Under the pieces are notes generated by a model, which did not search any database, had not been told where the DNA came from, and saw nothing but the letters and a program-made list of their open reading frames with translations. The position numbers were made by a program, and so were the translations under genes. A DNA stretch of 64,000 nucleotides, taken from positions 49,476,001-49,540,000 of the forward strand of contig NC_043013.1 in NCBI RefSeq assembly GCF_006345805.1, written 5' to 3'. Shown in pieces: positions 38,184 through 50,356 of this stretch. Position 1 is the stretch's first letter. Each line of letters begins with the position of its first letter. Origin of the DNA: Octopus sinensis. Lineage: Eukaryota.

Positions 38184-38373
38184 AAAACAGAAAACTGGTA
38201 TGAGACTAGTTTCGGTATCTTTGCCACATGTTAACTGAGGTCTTTAAATAGTTGTTTTATGCATTTCCATGTTTTAAATGATTGTGAATAAATAGCTGTA
38301 TATGGGAAATTTAAATAATACCATGGAAGTAAACAATAATCACAGTGAAAGTGATTTTGTGAAAATATATACC

Positions 38374-38414
<41 letters not shown>

Positions 38415-38418
38415 TACA

Positions 38419-38796
38419 CTAGCACTATGACCCGGCAACGCCAGGTCATAGTGCTAGTGCATGCATATACAGCTGCGTGCGTGCACACATAAACGCAAGT
38501 ACTGTCCAAATCTCTGACCAATCACATACAGCTAGCTGGCATTCAATTGGCGTATCAAGTTTCAGGCATTTTGATTGGGTTTTGGATAGAAAATTCACAA
38601 AAACGTCACTTCTATTGATTTTTTAATGGCTTTGCTGGGTGACTGGGGAAATGTAAAGATGTGCACGACCACCCTTGGACGGTTTTCAATGACCATAGAA
38701 AGTGCGAGCCCTCTAACTGAAAAATTGTGGATTTGTATAAAGGACATGCACACACACACACACACACAGACATTTTGCCGTTTATATATATAGAGA
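38419..38796 (-). mobile_element. Non-autonomous Helitron family H1
   Basis: Reverse complement of 54389-54761; TC 5' end, CTAG 3' end, inserted between A and T. Confidence 0.82.
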
Positions 38797-38995
38797 TATT
38801 CATAGAAGTAGAAGTACTAGTAAGTCACACCCACTTTTCAATATGTTGGTTTCAGTCTTGACCAGTGCATAAGCCCCATGTTGCTTACAAGAAATACCGT
38901 TTACAGCATCACTTGTAGTTACATTTATGTAATAAATACATTTAGTTGAAATAATTCCAATGATAGCTAATACATTCTAGCCAAGTCCTGGAACT

Positions 38996-39319
38996 AAAGA
39001 CTCCGCCGGTTATGACGACGAGGGTCCCAGCTGATACGATCAACGGAACAGCTTGCTCGTGAAATTAACGTGCAAATGGCTGAGCATTCCCCAGACACGT
39101 GTACCCTTAACGTAGTTCTCGGGGATAATCAGCGTGACACAGAGAGTGACAAGGCTGACCCTTTGAAATACAAGTACAACTCATTTTTGCCAGCTGAGTG
39201 GACTGGAGCAACGTGAAATAAAGTGTCTTGCTCAAGGACACAACGCGTCGCCGGGAATCGAACTCACAACCTTACGATCATGAGCCGAATGCCCTAACCA
39301 CTAAGCCACGCGCCCTCAC
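38996..39319 (-). mobile_element. SINE family E (tRNA head, CORE-like centre)
   Basis: Minus strand GTGAGGGCGCGTGGCTTAGTGGTTAGG...GAGTTCGATTCCC, GTGTCCTTGAGCAAGACACT; 9-bp TSD CCTGGAACT at 38987-38995 and 39320-39328. Confidence 0.88.
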
Positions 39320-41148
39320 CCTGGAACTGTAGATATCATAGCAATGCTTTCCTTCAAATGTGTTCAGCACTTTTAAATTATCGTTACTTTTTGACTGAAA
39401 CAATACGTGCGCATAATGTGCGTTAGAATTACACACTAGAGAAGATTTGGTTGCCGTTTCTCAACCATATAGAGTCACCCTTGTTGTTTGAGGGAATGCA
39501 GTTTATTAAACATGGTCTTACTTCAAACAAGAAATGTAAGATAACTTTATTATATTTGAAGTTTATGTTAATCTATCTGGATGATTATCATATTAAATCT
39601 CGTGATAAGATTTAAAGACAAAAGACCAATTTTTACTTTTATATTGAATAACTGAGTAACTATTGGAATTCTCTCAACCAAAACCAAAAAGAAAAAATTG
39701 GAATAACATAAATTCTTAAATATGTTATTCCAATTATTCTTTTTCTTTTTACATTTATTTATCTTGGATTAAATTCAAACAGGATAAATTTTAAACTACA
39801 AAATCTAAAGTGCAGAAATAAAATGATGACCAAATTAAAACCAGATAATAAACCAAATTTAGATTTGATCCCTGTCATTGAAATTCGGTAATTCTTTTAA
39901 TAAATTGTAAGAAAAATATATAGACATAAAAACATAAATTATCTTAGAATATTATAATAGGGAACAAGCATTATCACATATAGAATAACAGAAAAAAATA
40001 CTTCATCATGATGATATCCATAAAGTTTAATATATAAATTCATTGCACCTGAATGTATGTACTAATTAACCAACTCCAAAAATGAGTCTTTTAAGGATAT
40101 TATTCTTTTAATTGTAAAAACTAGAAGAAGCTTATTAACAAGATGCTGGTAAAATAAAAACATATTTGATTTGGAAACTATAGGAATATCAAGGCACTTA
40201 AGTAATGATTGGAAATGACAAATATAAAGGATATGTTGCCATAGATTTGATTTAAAATTAAAATGCTAAGCATTACAAGTATAAACAACATAGTCAAATT
40301 AGTAAGCACTTTTATCTTGATATAAAAATAATTAGATATAGATAGTGATGATATAAACTAAGGAACAGAGGGTGAAACATTTCTAACAGAACAATAAAAT
40401 TTGCTTTAAAGGAAAATGAATAAAATACAATTTTCTCTGATTATCAAATCAATGTATAATCAAATCATCAATAATCAAATCGTTAAAAGGAAAAATATAT
40501 TTCTACCAAAATTTATACAAAATAAACTAAAGTAAGTTTTGTTCAATTATTTAAAAAAATGAAATTATAGTAGTTTTAAATAAGTTTTTTTTTTTTTCTG
40601 TTAAAACATGTGGTTTTAAATAAAATGAAAACATTGAATGCACTGCACTATTCATGATCAGCTGGGAAAGTAGTTTCAGTTTAAAAGAATAAATAAAAAA
40701 AGAATAGAATTTTTTTTTTTTGTTAACAATCAGATGTTATATCACAAGTTAGTTTAGTTCGTTACTATTTGTACTGCTATAACTAGCCTCAAATATATAC
40801 AATAATGTGTTTTGAAAGGAAATTTCAACGATTCATTCTTCTAATTTGCAAAAAGTTAAAAGTTGTAAAATTATATGAAATGAAAGAAGACTTATAGGTC
40901 ATTGATTACATTATTATTTTAACATATACCATAAAATTTACTCAAAGATTCAATTAATTAAAAGTATAAGAGCACAAGTTAAGTATAAAGTGTGTAATTA
41001 AGGCACACGTCTAATATTTTATCTAAATTAAAAAAAAAAAAATAGAAGTAATTAACTTTCAAGATTTGCATATTTCAAAGCTGCAGGTAAGACATGTTAT
41101 CTATTAGGATTTGTAATCGATATGAAAATGCTACCAGGTCTCACTTAC

Positions 41149-41187
41149 CTTTAAATAATGTGGAATAAAATAAATATGCAGTAGAAC
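41149..41187 (-). CDS. Candidate 39-nt coding exon (G)STAYLFYSTLFK, phase 1-1
   Basis: Acceptor GTTTTATGCAG and donor AAG|GTAAGTGAG; open in the phase left by the 41525-41594 candidate. No homology evidence. Confidence 0.4.
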
Positions 41188-41524
41188 CTGCATAAAACCT
41201 AATAAATTATGATTATCAACTTGAAGTTACATAATTAAGATGTTGAAACAACATATTATTTAAAGAATACCCTGGGTAGATAATGCTGCATTTCTGAACC
41301 ATTAAAAAAGTTTTTTTCCATAAATAATTTTCTAAATTTGAATTTGACAGTTATCATATTAATGGAAAGAACAGATAATAATAATGAACTTGCAGTAGTA
41401 AGATTTACAGGCAAGACTGCTGTGCATTGTATCACAAAGTGAGAGGAGCAAAGAGACCGAGGGAGTCGTGAAACGGGATGAGATGAGTTGAAGCAATCAA
41501 AAGTCAGGGGGGTAGTAGCATTAC

Positions 41525-41594
41525 CTTTACTTGTCTTAATGTAAAGTAATATCAATAACATCAAATAAAGACACATAAACCAAAAATTACAGCA
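41525..41594 (-). CDS. Candidate exon encoding signal-peptide-like MCLYLMLLILLYIKTSK(G) (ATG at 41576)
   Basis: Acceptor TTTTCTCGTGACACTTTATTCCGTAG and donor AAG|GTAATG; hydrophobic core; the other two frames contain stops. Confidence 0.4.
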
Positions 41595-42599
41595 CTACGG
41601 AATAAAGTGTCACGAGAAAACAATATTCATACGAAAAGTTACTACTAATTAAAAGATGAATAGCTAAATCAAAAATACCATGCTGTTTAGTTATATAAAG
41701 TTATTTAGAAAGTTTTAGTAATGTTATTAAGTTACCAACACATACATATATACATGCACACATATACACACATATACACACATGCACGCACACACACACA
41801 CACACATACACTCGTGTATATATTCATCTCTTGAAAAATAATGTCAATTGCCTCATATTTTATGATCGGAAATAGTCTGTTATAAATTGTTGTTTAGTCC
41901 TTTCAATTGAAGGATGAAGAAATTGGTCTCATAGCATTCATCCTTTTCTAAGAGTATCAGTAGCAGAACTGAAGAGAAATACCAGTAAGCAGGAATTTGA
42001 ACCTATCCACAAGTTTGGCTTGCTGGGAGCTTGCCTCCCACTCCACGCTGTATTTGCTTGCCCTCCCCACACACAAACAGATATGCACATATCTTTGAAG
42101 AATAATGAGGAGAGAAAAAAAAAATAATAATAAAGACACACCACGAAATCAAATATTTAAACCCATTAGAAAAAGCATTTTACATGCACCAAAAGTTTAT
42201 AAAATTACTGGTGCATGTTTTCAACGAATGTGCTATGCACTTCTTTAAACTTAGAGCATTCCCAGAATATCTCTATGTTTTACGTTTAAATGAAACCAAA
42301 CAGGCTCTGTCTAAAAACAGAAAGGGAAGCAAGGGCAAAGAAGAAGAGAGAATTGAGAATTTGGGGGTGGAGTTTGTGTGTGTGTGTGTGTCTGCATGCA
42401 ATAGAAGGGAAGAGAAATGAAAGAAAGCAACAGTAGTCAGAGAGTATCTCTTTTCAAGTTAGTATATAAATAGCAAGCAAAGATAACTCTAGTAGATTCA
42501 TATTTGTTTAGGTGATGTTTAGGTATTTATATACTATTTCTCCATTAAAACATAAATGAAATCCTAAAATACCTATCTGTGAAAATATCCATCAATAAT

Positions 42600-42965
42600 G
42601 TTTGTGTGTGTGCATGTGTGTGTGTGTGTGTGTACATAGAGAGACAGATAGACAGACAGAAAAAGAAAGAGACAGACAGACAGATAGACAGACAGAAAAA
42701 GAAAGAGAGAGAGAGACAGATAGACAGATACATGCATACATACACACACACATGTATATATATATATACACATACATATATACATATATATATATACACA
42801 CACATACATATATATATACACACACACATGCTCACATACACACACACACACACATATATATATACACATACATATATACACACACATACACACACACACG
42901 TTCACATACACACACACACGCTCACACACACACGCTCACACACACACGCTCACACACACTTACAT
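42600..42965. repeat. Compound (TG)/(AGAC)/(CA)/(TA) microsatellite block
   Basis: Directly visible. Confidence 0.95.
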
Positions 42966-43377
42966 ACAGCTTTTAGTTTTTACTCAGCAGAAAGTTGCAA
43001 AATTGACTCAAGTGCCAAGAGTTTCATGTACAGCACTTATCAAGTTGGGAACGAATTTCTATGTCGAGTGAATTACATTCTTTTCTGGAATGTTCAATTA
43101 AAGATTAACGCTAGCGATTTACATGGAAATTTAGAAATTTCACAAATCTGCTCGTTGAACAGGTAAGGCATACATACAGGTGAAATTTACACATACACAC
43201 ACATACACACACACACAATGACATGCACACATATATGCGTGAGTGGCTATGTCTAGGTGTGCATATGTGTGTGTGAATATGGGATGCATCACAGTACACT
43301 CAAAGTGGCATAAGTATGAAAATTGAATATATATGTACAAGCAAACATATTCAGGTATGAATGTATAAATAACCACA

Positions 43378-43590
43378 AAGGCGGTGAGCTAGCAGAGTCG
43401 TTAACATTTCCAGGTAAAATGCTTCGCGGCATTTTGTCCGTCTTTACGTTCTGAGTTCAAATTCTGTTGAGGTCGACTTTGATGATCGTCCTTTTGATAA
43501 AATAAGTACCAGTTAAATACTGGGGGTCAATGTAACTGACTTACCCACTCCTCCAAACTTGCTGGCCTTTTGCCAAAATTTGAAACCAAT
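43378..43590 (+). mobile_element. SINE family B-related, diverged
   Basis: AAGGCGGTGAGCTAGCAGAG...TTCTGAGTTCAAATTCTGTTGAGGTCGACTTT. Confidence 0.7.
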
Positions 43591-43619
43591 ATATAAAAAA
43601 AAACATAATATATCTAAAG

Positions 43620-43687
43620 AAATACAATTACATATGCATATCTTCCTACACACGTATATATACATGTATATATGTATATATGTATGA

Positions 43688-43729
<42 letters not shown>

Positions 43730-43825
43730 ACAATTTAGTAAATAAAATACATGCATACATACATACATATATGTACATACCTACATCTATATGTATATAT
43801 ACATGCATATATGAGTACAGGACAC

Positions 43826-43888
<63 letters not shown>

Positions 43889-44050
43889 TATTTATATAAA
43901 CATATATATATATATATATACATACACACACGCATATTTATATAAACATATATATATATATATACATACACACACGCATATTTATATAAACATATATGTA
44001 TACATACATACATACATACATACATATACATGCACACACACACACACACA
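43620..44050. repeat. Compound TA-rich microsatellite/minisatellite
   Basis: (TA)n tracts plus three copies of CATATTTATATAAACATATAT. Confidence 0.92.
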
Positions 44051-44089
44051 TACATAGGTATGGTTATAGGTACAAGCATGGGTATAAGC

Positions 44090-44360
44090 ATAAAGCATGG
44101 CTGTGTGCTTAAGAAGTTCACTTCAAACTACGTGGTTTCAGGTTCAGTCCTGCCGCATGGCACCATGGGTATATCTTCCACTGTGAGCATGGGCCAACCA
44201 AAGCCTTGTGGCAGACAAACTGAAAGTAGACTGCTGTATGTGTATGTATATGTGTATGTATGTGTGTGTGTGTGTGTGTGTGTATGTGTGTGTGTGTGTG
44301 TGTGTGTATGTGTGTGTGTATGTGAGTGTGTGTACGTGAGTCTTCTTGTCTTATGATGCT
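44090..44360 (+). mobile_element. Old, diverged SINE family A 5' half
   Basis: ATGGCTGTGTGCTTAAG..GGTTCAGTCC..GCATGGCACCATGGG..GGGCCAACCAAAGCCTTGTG followed by (TG)n. Confidence 0.65.
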
Positions 44361-44420
44361 GTGTGATAGCTGTTAGTACAAAATCTACTTCAACAAACAT
44401 CTGTACATACAATATATATA

Positions 44421-47400
44421 TGGCACCTTGGGCAAGTGTCTTCTACTAGAGCCTTGGGCCAACCAAAGCCTTGTGAGTAGATTTGGTAGACGGAAACTGA
44501 AAGAAACCCACCATAAATATATAAATAGGCATAGGAGTGGCTGCGTGGTAAGTAGCTTGCTTACCAACCACATGGTTCCGGGTTCAGTCCCACTGCATGG
44601 CACCTTCGGCAAGTGTCTTCTACTAGAGCCTTGGGCCAACCAAAGCCTTGTGAGTAGATTTGGTAGACGGAAACTGAAAGAAACCCACCATAAATATATA
44701 AATAGGCATAGGAGTGGCTGTGTGGTAAGTAGCTTGCTTACCAACCACATGGTTCCGGGTTCAGTCCCACTGCATGGCACCTTGGGCAAGTGTCTTCTAC
44801 TAGAGCCTTGGGCCAACCAAAGCCTTGTGAGTAGATTTGGTAGACGGAAACTGAAAGAAACCCACCATAAATATATAAATAGGCATAGGAGTGGCTGTGT
44901 GGTAAGTAGCTTGCTTACCAACCACATGGTTCCGGGTTCAGTCCCACTGCATGGCACCTTGGGCAAGTGTCTTCTACTAGAGCCTTGGGCCAACCAAAGC
45001 CTTGTGAGTAGATTTGGTAGACGGAAACTGAAAGAAACCCACCATAAATATATAAATAGGCATAGGAGTGGCTGTGTGGTAAGTAGCTTGCTTACCAACC
45101 ACATGGTTCCGGGTTCAGTCCCACTGCATGGCACCTTGGGCAAGTGTCTTCTACTAGAGCCTTGGGCCAACCAAAGCCTTGTGAGTAGATTTGGTAGACG
45201 GAAACTGAAAGAAAACCCATCATAAATATATAAATAGGCATAGGAGTGGCTGTGTGGTAAGTAGCTTGCTTACCAACCACATGGTTCCGGGTTCAGTCCC
45301 ACTGCATGGCACCTTGGGCAAGTGTCTTCTACTATAGCCTTGGGCCAACCAAAGCCTTGTGAGTGGATTTGGTAGACGGAAACTGAAAGAAAAACCCATC
45401 ATAAATATATAAATAGGCATAGGAGTGGCTGTGTGGTAAGTAGCTTGCTTACCAACCACATGGTTCCGGGTTCAGTCCCACTGCATGGCACCTTGGTCAA
45501 GTGTCTTCTACTATAGCCTTGGGCCAACCAAAGCCTTGTGAGTAGATTTGGTAGACGGAAACTGAAAGAAACCCACCATAAATATATAAATAGGCATAGG
45601 AGTGGCTGTGTGGTAAGTAGCTTGCTTACCAACCACATGGTTCCGGGTTCAGTCCCACTGCATGGCACCTTGGGCAAGTGTCTTCTACTAGAGCCTTGGG
45701 CCAACCAAGCCTTGTGAGTAGATTTGGTAGACGGAAACTGAAAGAAACCCATCATAAATATATAAATAGGCATAGGAGTGGCTGTGTGGTAAGTAGCTTG
45801 CTTACCAACCACATGGTTCCGGGTTCAGTCCCACTGCATGGCACCTTGGTCAAGTGTCTTCTACTATAGCCTTGGGCAACCAAAGCCTTGTGAGTAGATT
45901 TTGTAGACAGAAACTGAAAGAAACCATCATAAATATATAAATAGGCATAGGAGTGGCTGTGTGTGGTAAGTAGCTTGCTTACCAACCACATGGTTCCGGG
46001 TTCAGTCCCACTGCATGGCACCTTGGGCAAGTGTCTTCTACTAGAGCCTTGGGCCAACCAAAGCCTTGTGAGTAGATTTGGTAGACGGAAACTGAAAGAA
46101 ACCCACCATAAATATATAAATAGGCATAGGAGTGGCTGTGTGGTAAGTAGCTTGCTTACCAACCACATGGTTCCGGGTTCAGTCCCACTGCATGGCACCT
46201 TGGGCAAGTGTCTTCTACTATAGCCTTGGGCCAACCAAAGCCTTGTGAGTGGATTTGGTAGACGGAAACTGAAAGAAACCCATCATAATATATAAATAGG
46301 CATAGGAGTGGCTGTGTGGTAAGTAGCTTGCTTACCAACCACATGGTTCGGGTTCAGTCCCACTGCATGGCACCTTGGTCAAGTGTCTTCTACTATAGCC
46401 TTGGGCCAACCAAAGCCTTGTGAGTAGATTTGGTAGACGGAAACTGAAAGAAACCCACCATAAATATATAAATAGGCATAGGAGTGGCTGTGTGGTAAGT
46501 AGCTTGCTTACCAACCACATGGTTCCGGGTTCAGTCCCACTGCATGGCACCTTGGTCAAGTGTCTTCTACTAGAGCCTTGGGCCAACCAAAGCCTTGTGA
46601 GTAGATTTGGTAGACGGAAACTGAAAGAAACCCATCATAAATATATAAATAGGCATAGGAGTGGCTGTGTGGTAAGTAGCTTGCTTACCAACCACATGGT
46701 TCCGGGTTCAGTCCCACTGCATGGCACCTTGGTCAAGTGTCTTCTACTATAGCCTTGGGCCAACCAAAGCCTTGTGAGTAGATTTTGTAGACGGAAACTG
46801 AAAGAAACCCATCATAAATATATAAATAGGCATAGGAGTGGCTGTGTGGTAAGTAGCTTGCTTACCAACCACATGGTTCCGGGTTCAGTCCCACTGCATG
46901 GCACCTTGGGCAAGTGTCTTCTACTAGAGCCTTGGGCCAACCAAAGCCTTGTGAGTAGATTTGGTAGACGGAAACTGAAAGAAACCCACCATAAATATAT
47001 AAATAGGCATAGGAGTGGCTGTGTGGTAAGTAGCTTGCTTACCAACCACATGGTTCCGGGTTCAGTCCCACTGCATGGCACCTTCGGCAAGTGTCTTCTA
47101 CTAGAGCCTTGGCCAACCAAAGCCTTGTGAGTAGATTTGGTAGACGGAAACTGAAAGAAACCCACCATAAATATATAAATAGGCATAGGAGTGGCTGTGT
47201 GGTAAGTAGCTTGCTTACCAACCACATGGTTCCGGGTTCAGTCCCACTGCATGGCACCTTGGGCAAGTGTCTTCTACTAGAGCCTTGGCCAACCAAAGCC
47301 TTGTGAGTAGATTTGGTAGACGGAAACTGAAAGAAACCCACCATAAATATATAAATAGGCATAGGAGTGGCTGTGTGGTAAGTAGCTTGCTTACCAACCA

Positions 47401-48222
47401 CATGGTTCCGGGTTCAGTCCCACTGCATGGCACCTTGGGCAAGTGTCTTCTACTATAGCCTTGGGCCAACCAAAGCCTTGTGAGTAGATTTGGTAGATGG
47501 AAACTGAAAGAAACCCATCATAAATATATAAATAGGCATAGGAGTGGCTGTGTGGTAAGTAGCTTGCTTACCAACCACATGGTTCCGGGTTCAGTCCACT
47601 GCATGGCACCTTGGGCAAGTGTCTTCTACTATAGCCTTGGGCCAACCAAAGCCTTGTGAGTGGATTTGGTAGACGGAAACTGAAAGAAACCCATCATAAA
47701 TATATAAATAGGCATAGGAGTGGCTGTGTGGTAAGTAGCTTGCTTACCAACCACATGGTTCCGGGTTCAGTCCCACTGCATGGCACCTTGGGCAAGTGTC
47801 TTCTACTATAGCCTTGGGCCAACCAAAGCCTTGTGAGTAGATTTGGTAGACGGAAACTGAAAGAAACCCATCATAAATATATAAATAGGCATAGGAGTGG
47901 CTGTGTGGTAAGTAGCTTGCTTACCAACCACATGGTTCCGGGTTCAGTCCCACTGCATGGCACCTTGGGCAAGTGTCTTCTACTATAGCCTTGGGCCAAC
48001 CAAAGCCTTGTGAGTAGATTTGGTAGACGGAAACTGAAAGAACCCATCATAAATATATAAATAGGCATAGGAGTGGCTGTGTGGTAAGTAGCTTGCTTAC
48101 CAACCACATGGTTCCGGGTTCAGTCCCACTGCATGGCACCTTGGGCAAGTGTCTTCTACTATAGCCTTGGGCCAACCAAAGCCTTGTGAGTAGATTTGGT
48201 AGACAGAAACTGAAAGAAGCCC
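44421..48222 (+). repeat. SINE-derived tandem satellite: 21 complete ~177 bp units plus a partial first unit, each the tRNA-like head and CORE-like segment of SINE A
   Basis: Unit starts (GGCATAGGAG) at 44528, 44705, 44882, 45059, 45237, 45416, 45593, 45769, 45944, 46123, 46299, 46475, 46652, 46829, 47006, 47182, 47358, 47535, 47711, 47888 and 48064; period 175-179 bp. Confidence 0.97.
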
Positions 48223-48223
48223 G

Positions 48224-48279
<56 letters not shown>

Positions 48280-48284
48280 TACGT

Positions 48285-48580
48285 GGAGGCGCAATGGCGC
48301 AGTAGTTAGGGCAGCGGACTCGCGGTTGTAGGATCGCGGTTTCGATTGTGAGTGTTTATTGAGCGAAAACACCTAAAGCTCCACGAAGCTCCAGCAGGGG
48401 GTGGTGGCGATCCCTGCTGTACTCTTTCACCACAACTTTCTCTCACTCTTTCTTCTGTTGGCCTGCTCACTTAGCCACGGGGTGGCGTCATTTGGAGGCT
48501 AAAGCAATGCGAATCGCATTGTGACCAGCGATGTCTTGTAACATCTGATAGCTTGGTCAGTCACGGTTATCACGGTGATA
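48285..48580 (+). mobile_element. SINE family D (tRNA-Arg-like) inserted in the (TA)n of the terminal SINE A
   Basis: GGAGGCGCAATGGCGCAGTAGTTAGGGCAGCGGACTCGCGG head; tail GTCACGGTTATCACGGTGATA. Confidence 0.85.
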
Positions 48581-48803
48581 TATATATACACATATGTGTA
48601 TGTGTGTGTTTGTGTATTTGTGTTTGTCCCCCCCAGCATCACTTGACAACCGATGCTGGTGTGTTTACGCACCCATAACTTAGCAGTTCAGCAAAAAGAG
48701 ACCAATTGAATTAGTACTAGGCTGACAAAGAATAAGTCCTGGGGTTTATTTGCTCAACTAAAGGTGGTACTCCAGCATGGCCGCAGTCAAATGACTGAAA
48801 CAA
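48581..48803 (+). mobile_element. 3' half of the SINE A copy that ends the array
   Basis: TGTTTGTCCCCCCCAGCATCACTTGACAACCGATG...GCAGTCAAATGACTGAAACAA. Confidence 0.9.
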
Positions 48804-48967
48804 ATATATATATATATATATGAATATTAAGCAGAAACAACAGAGTGACTCAGGGGCAGAGAATTTCCTGCATTGGCACTTATCAAACACACAAAACCCT
48901 TGGCCATTGAGTCAGTCTGTTGCTTCTAAATATTAATAAATAATAAATAAACCTGGTAGCTTTCATT

Positions 48968-49043
<76 letters not shown>

Positions 49044-49183
49044 TACTTTATTGAAAAGCAGCAAAACTCTGAGTAACAGCTTTTGTGATATTTCTGGTAC
49101 TTTTCAAAAAAGTATATTACTCTACTTCTGGTATTTGTGCACTCTTTTTTCCACCTTGTTTCACGTTTATGAATTTACTCTGG

Positions 49184-49254
<71 letters not shown>

Positions 49255-49289
49255 ATATACATATATATATATACATATATATAAGTACT

Positions 49290-49590
49290 CTATCAGTTAT
49301 GACAATGAGGTTTCCAGTTGATCTGATTAACAGAACAGCCTGCTCATGAAATTAACATGCAAGTGGCTGAGCACTCCACAGACATGTGTACCCTTAAAGT
49401 AGTTCTTGGAGAGATTCAGCTTGACACACAAGTGTGACACGGCTGTCCCTTTGAAATACAGGTACAATTCATTTTTACCAGCTGATTGAACTGGAGCGAC
49501 ATGAAACAAAGTATCTTGCTGAAGGACACAATCCCTCTGTTTCCCGTACGTTATGCTTTGACAAGGGATTGTAAAGGGAGGACACTGCTT
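49290..49590 (-). mobile_element. SINE family E, older partial copy
   Basis: GAAATTAACATGCAAGTGGCTGAGCACTCC...CCCTTTGAAATACAGGTACAA matches 39060-39180. Confidence 0.75.
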
Positions 49591-49862
49591 GCACTGACAG
49601 TGACACTTAACAACTATCATGTTATATCAAGGCAAGAGACAGTAACATACACACACACACCACACACACACACACACATATATATCTGAATATAAATACA
49701 ATGAGCTTCTTTCAGTTTCTATCAACTAAATCCACTCCTGAGATTAAGTAGAAGACACCTGCCCAAGATGATATGGAGAGGTACTGAACCCAGAATCGTG
49801 TGGTAGGGAAATGTGTATGTATATATACACGTGTGAGTACACAGGTGTAAAACAAAGGTGTA

Positions 49863-50356
49863 ATCATCATCATCATCATCATCGTTTAACGTCTGCTTTC
49901 CATGCTAGCATGGGTTGGATGGTTTTGACTGAGGGCTGGCCAGCCAGATGGCTGCACCAGGCTCCAGTCTTAATCTGGCAGAGTTTCTACAGCTGGATGC
50001 CCTTCCTAACGCCAACCACTCCGAGAGTGTAGTGGGTGCTTTTTACGTGCCACTGGCACGGGGGGGGCCAGTCAGGCGATACTGGCAATGACCTCGCTCG
50101 AATCTTTTCACACGTGCCACCAGCACAGGTGCCAGTGAAGCAACGATCACGCTTGAATGGTGCTCTTTTACATGCCATGGGTACGGAAACCATTTGGCTG
50201 CTCTGGCAACGATCATGCTCGGATGGTGCTCTTGGCACCCTACTAGCACAGGCATAAGTGCCAGTAAGGCAATGCTGGTAACAATCACACTCATATGGTG
50301 CTCTCTGCACCCAACTAGCACAGATGCCAGTCATCGAAATGATTTTGATTTTGATT
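49863..50356 (-). mobile_element. Family C retroelement, full length with extra internal modules
   Basis: (CAT)n tail at the left, GATTTTGATTTTGATT (reverse complement of the AATCAA repeat head) at the right, about five AGCACC-type modules. Confidence 0.85.

Noticed and set aside
38889-38966. Possible third minus-strand exon (AIIGIISTKCIYYINVTTSDAVNGIS)
   Set aside because: Open in the right phase, but the acceptor lacks a polypyrimidine tract and the donor is weak; such short open frames arise by chance.
44520-44528. TATAAATA TATA box before each array head
   Set aside because: It lies immediately adjacent to the head start rather than about 25-30 bp upstream, and it derives from the SINE's TA-rich linker.
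44385-45225. 261 aa and 265 aa ORFs with 59-aa repeats on both strands of the array
   Set aside because: They exist because 177 is divisible by 3 and those frames happen to lack stops; 1-2 bp indels break them repeatedly along the array. Not treated as genes.
44421-48222. CRISPR-like array
   Set aside because: There are no unique spacers; whole units are near-identical SINE heads, the DNA is eukaryotic, and no cas genes are present.
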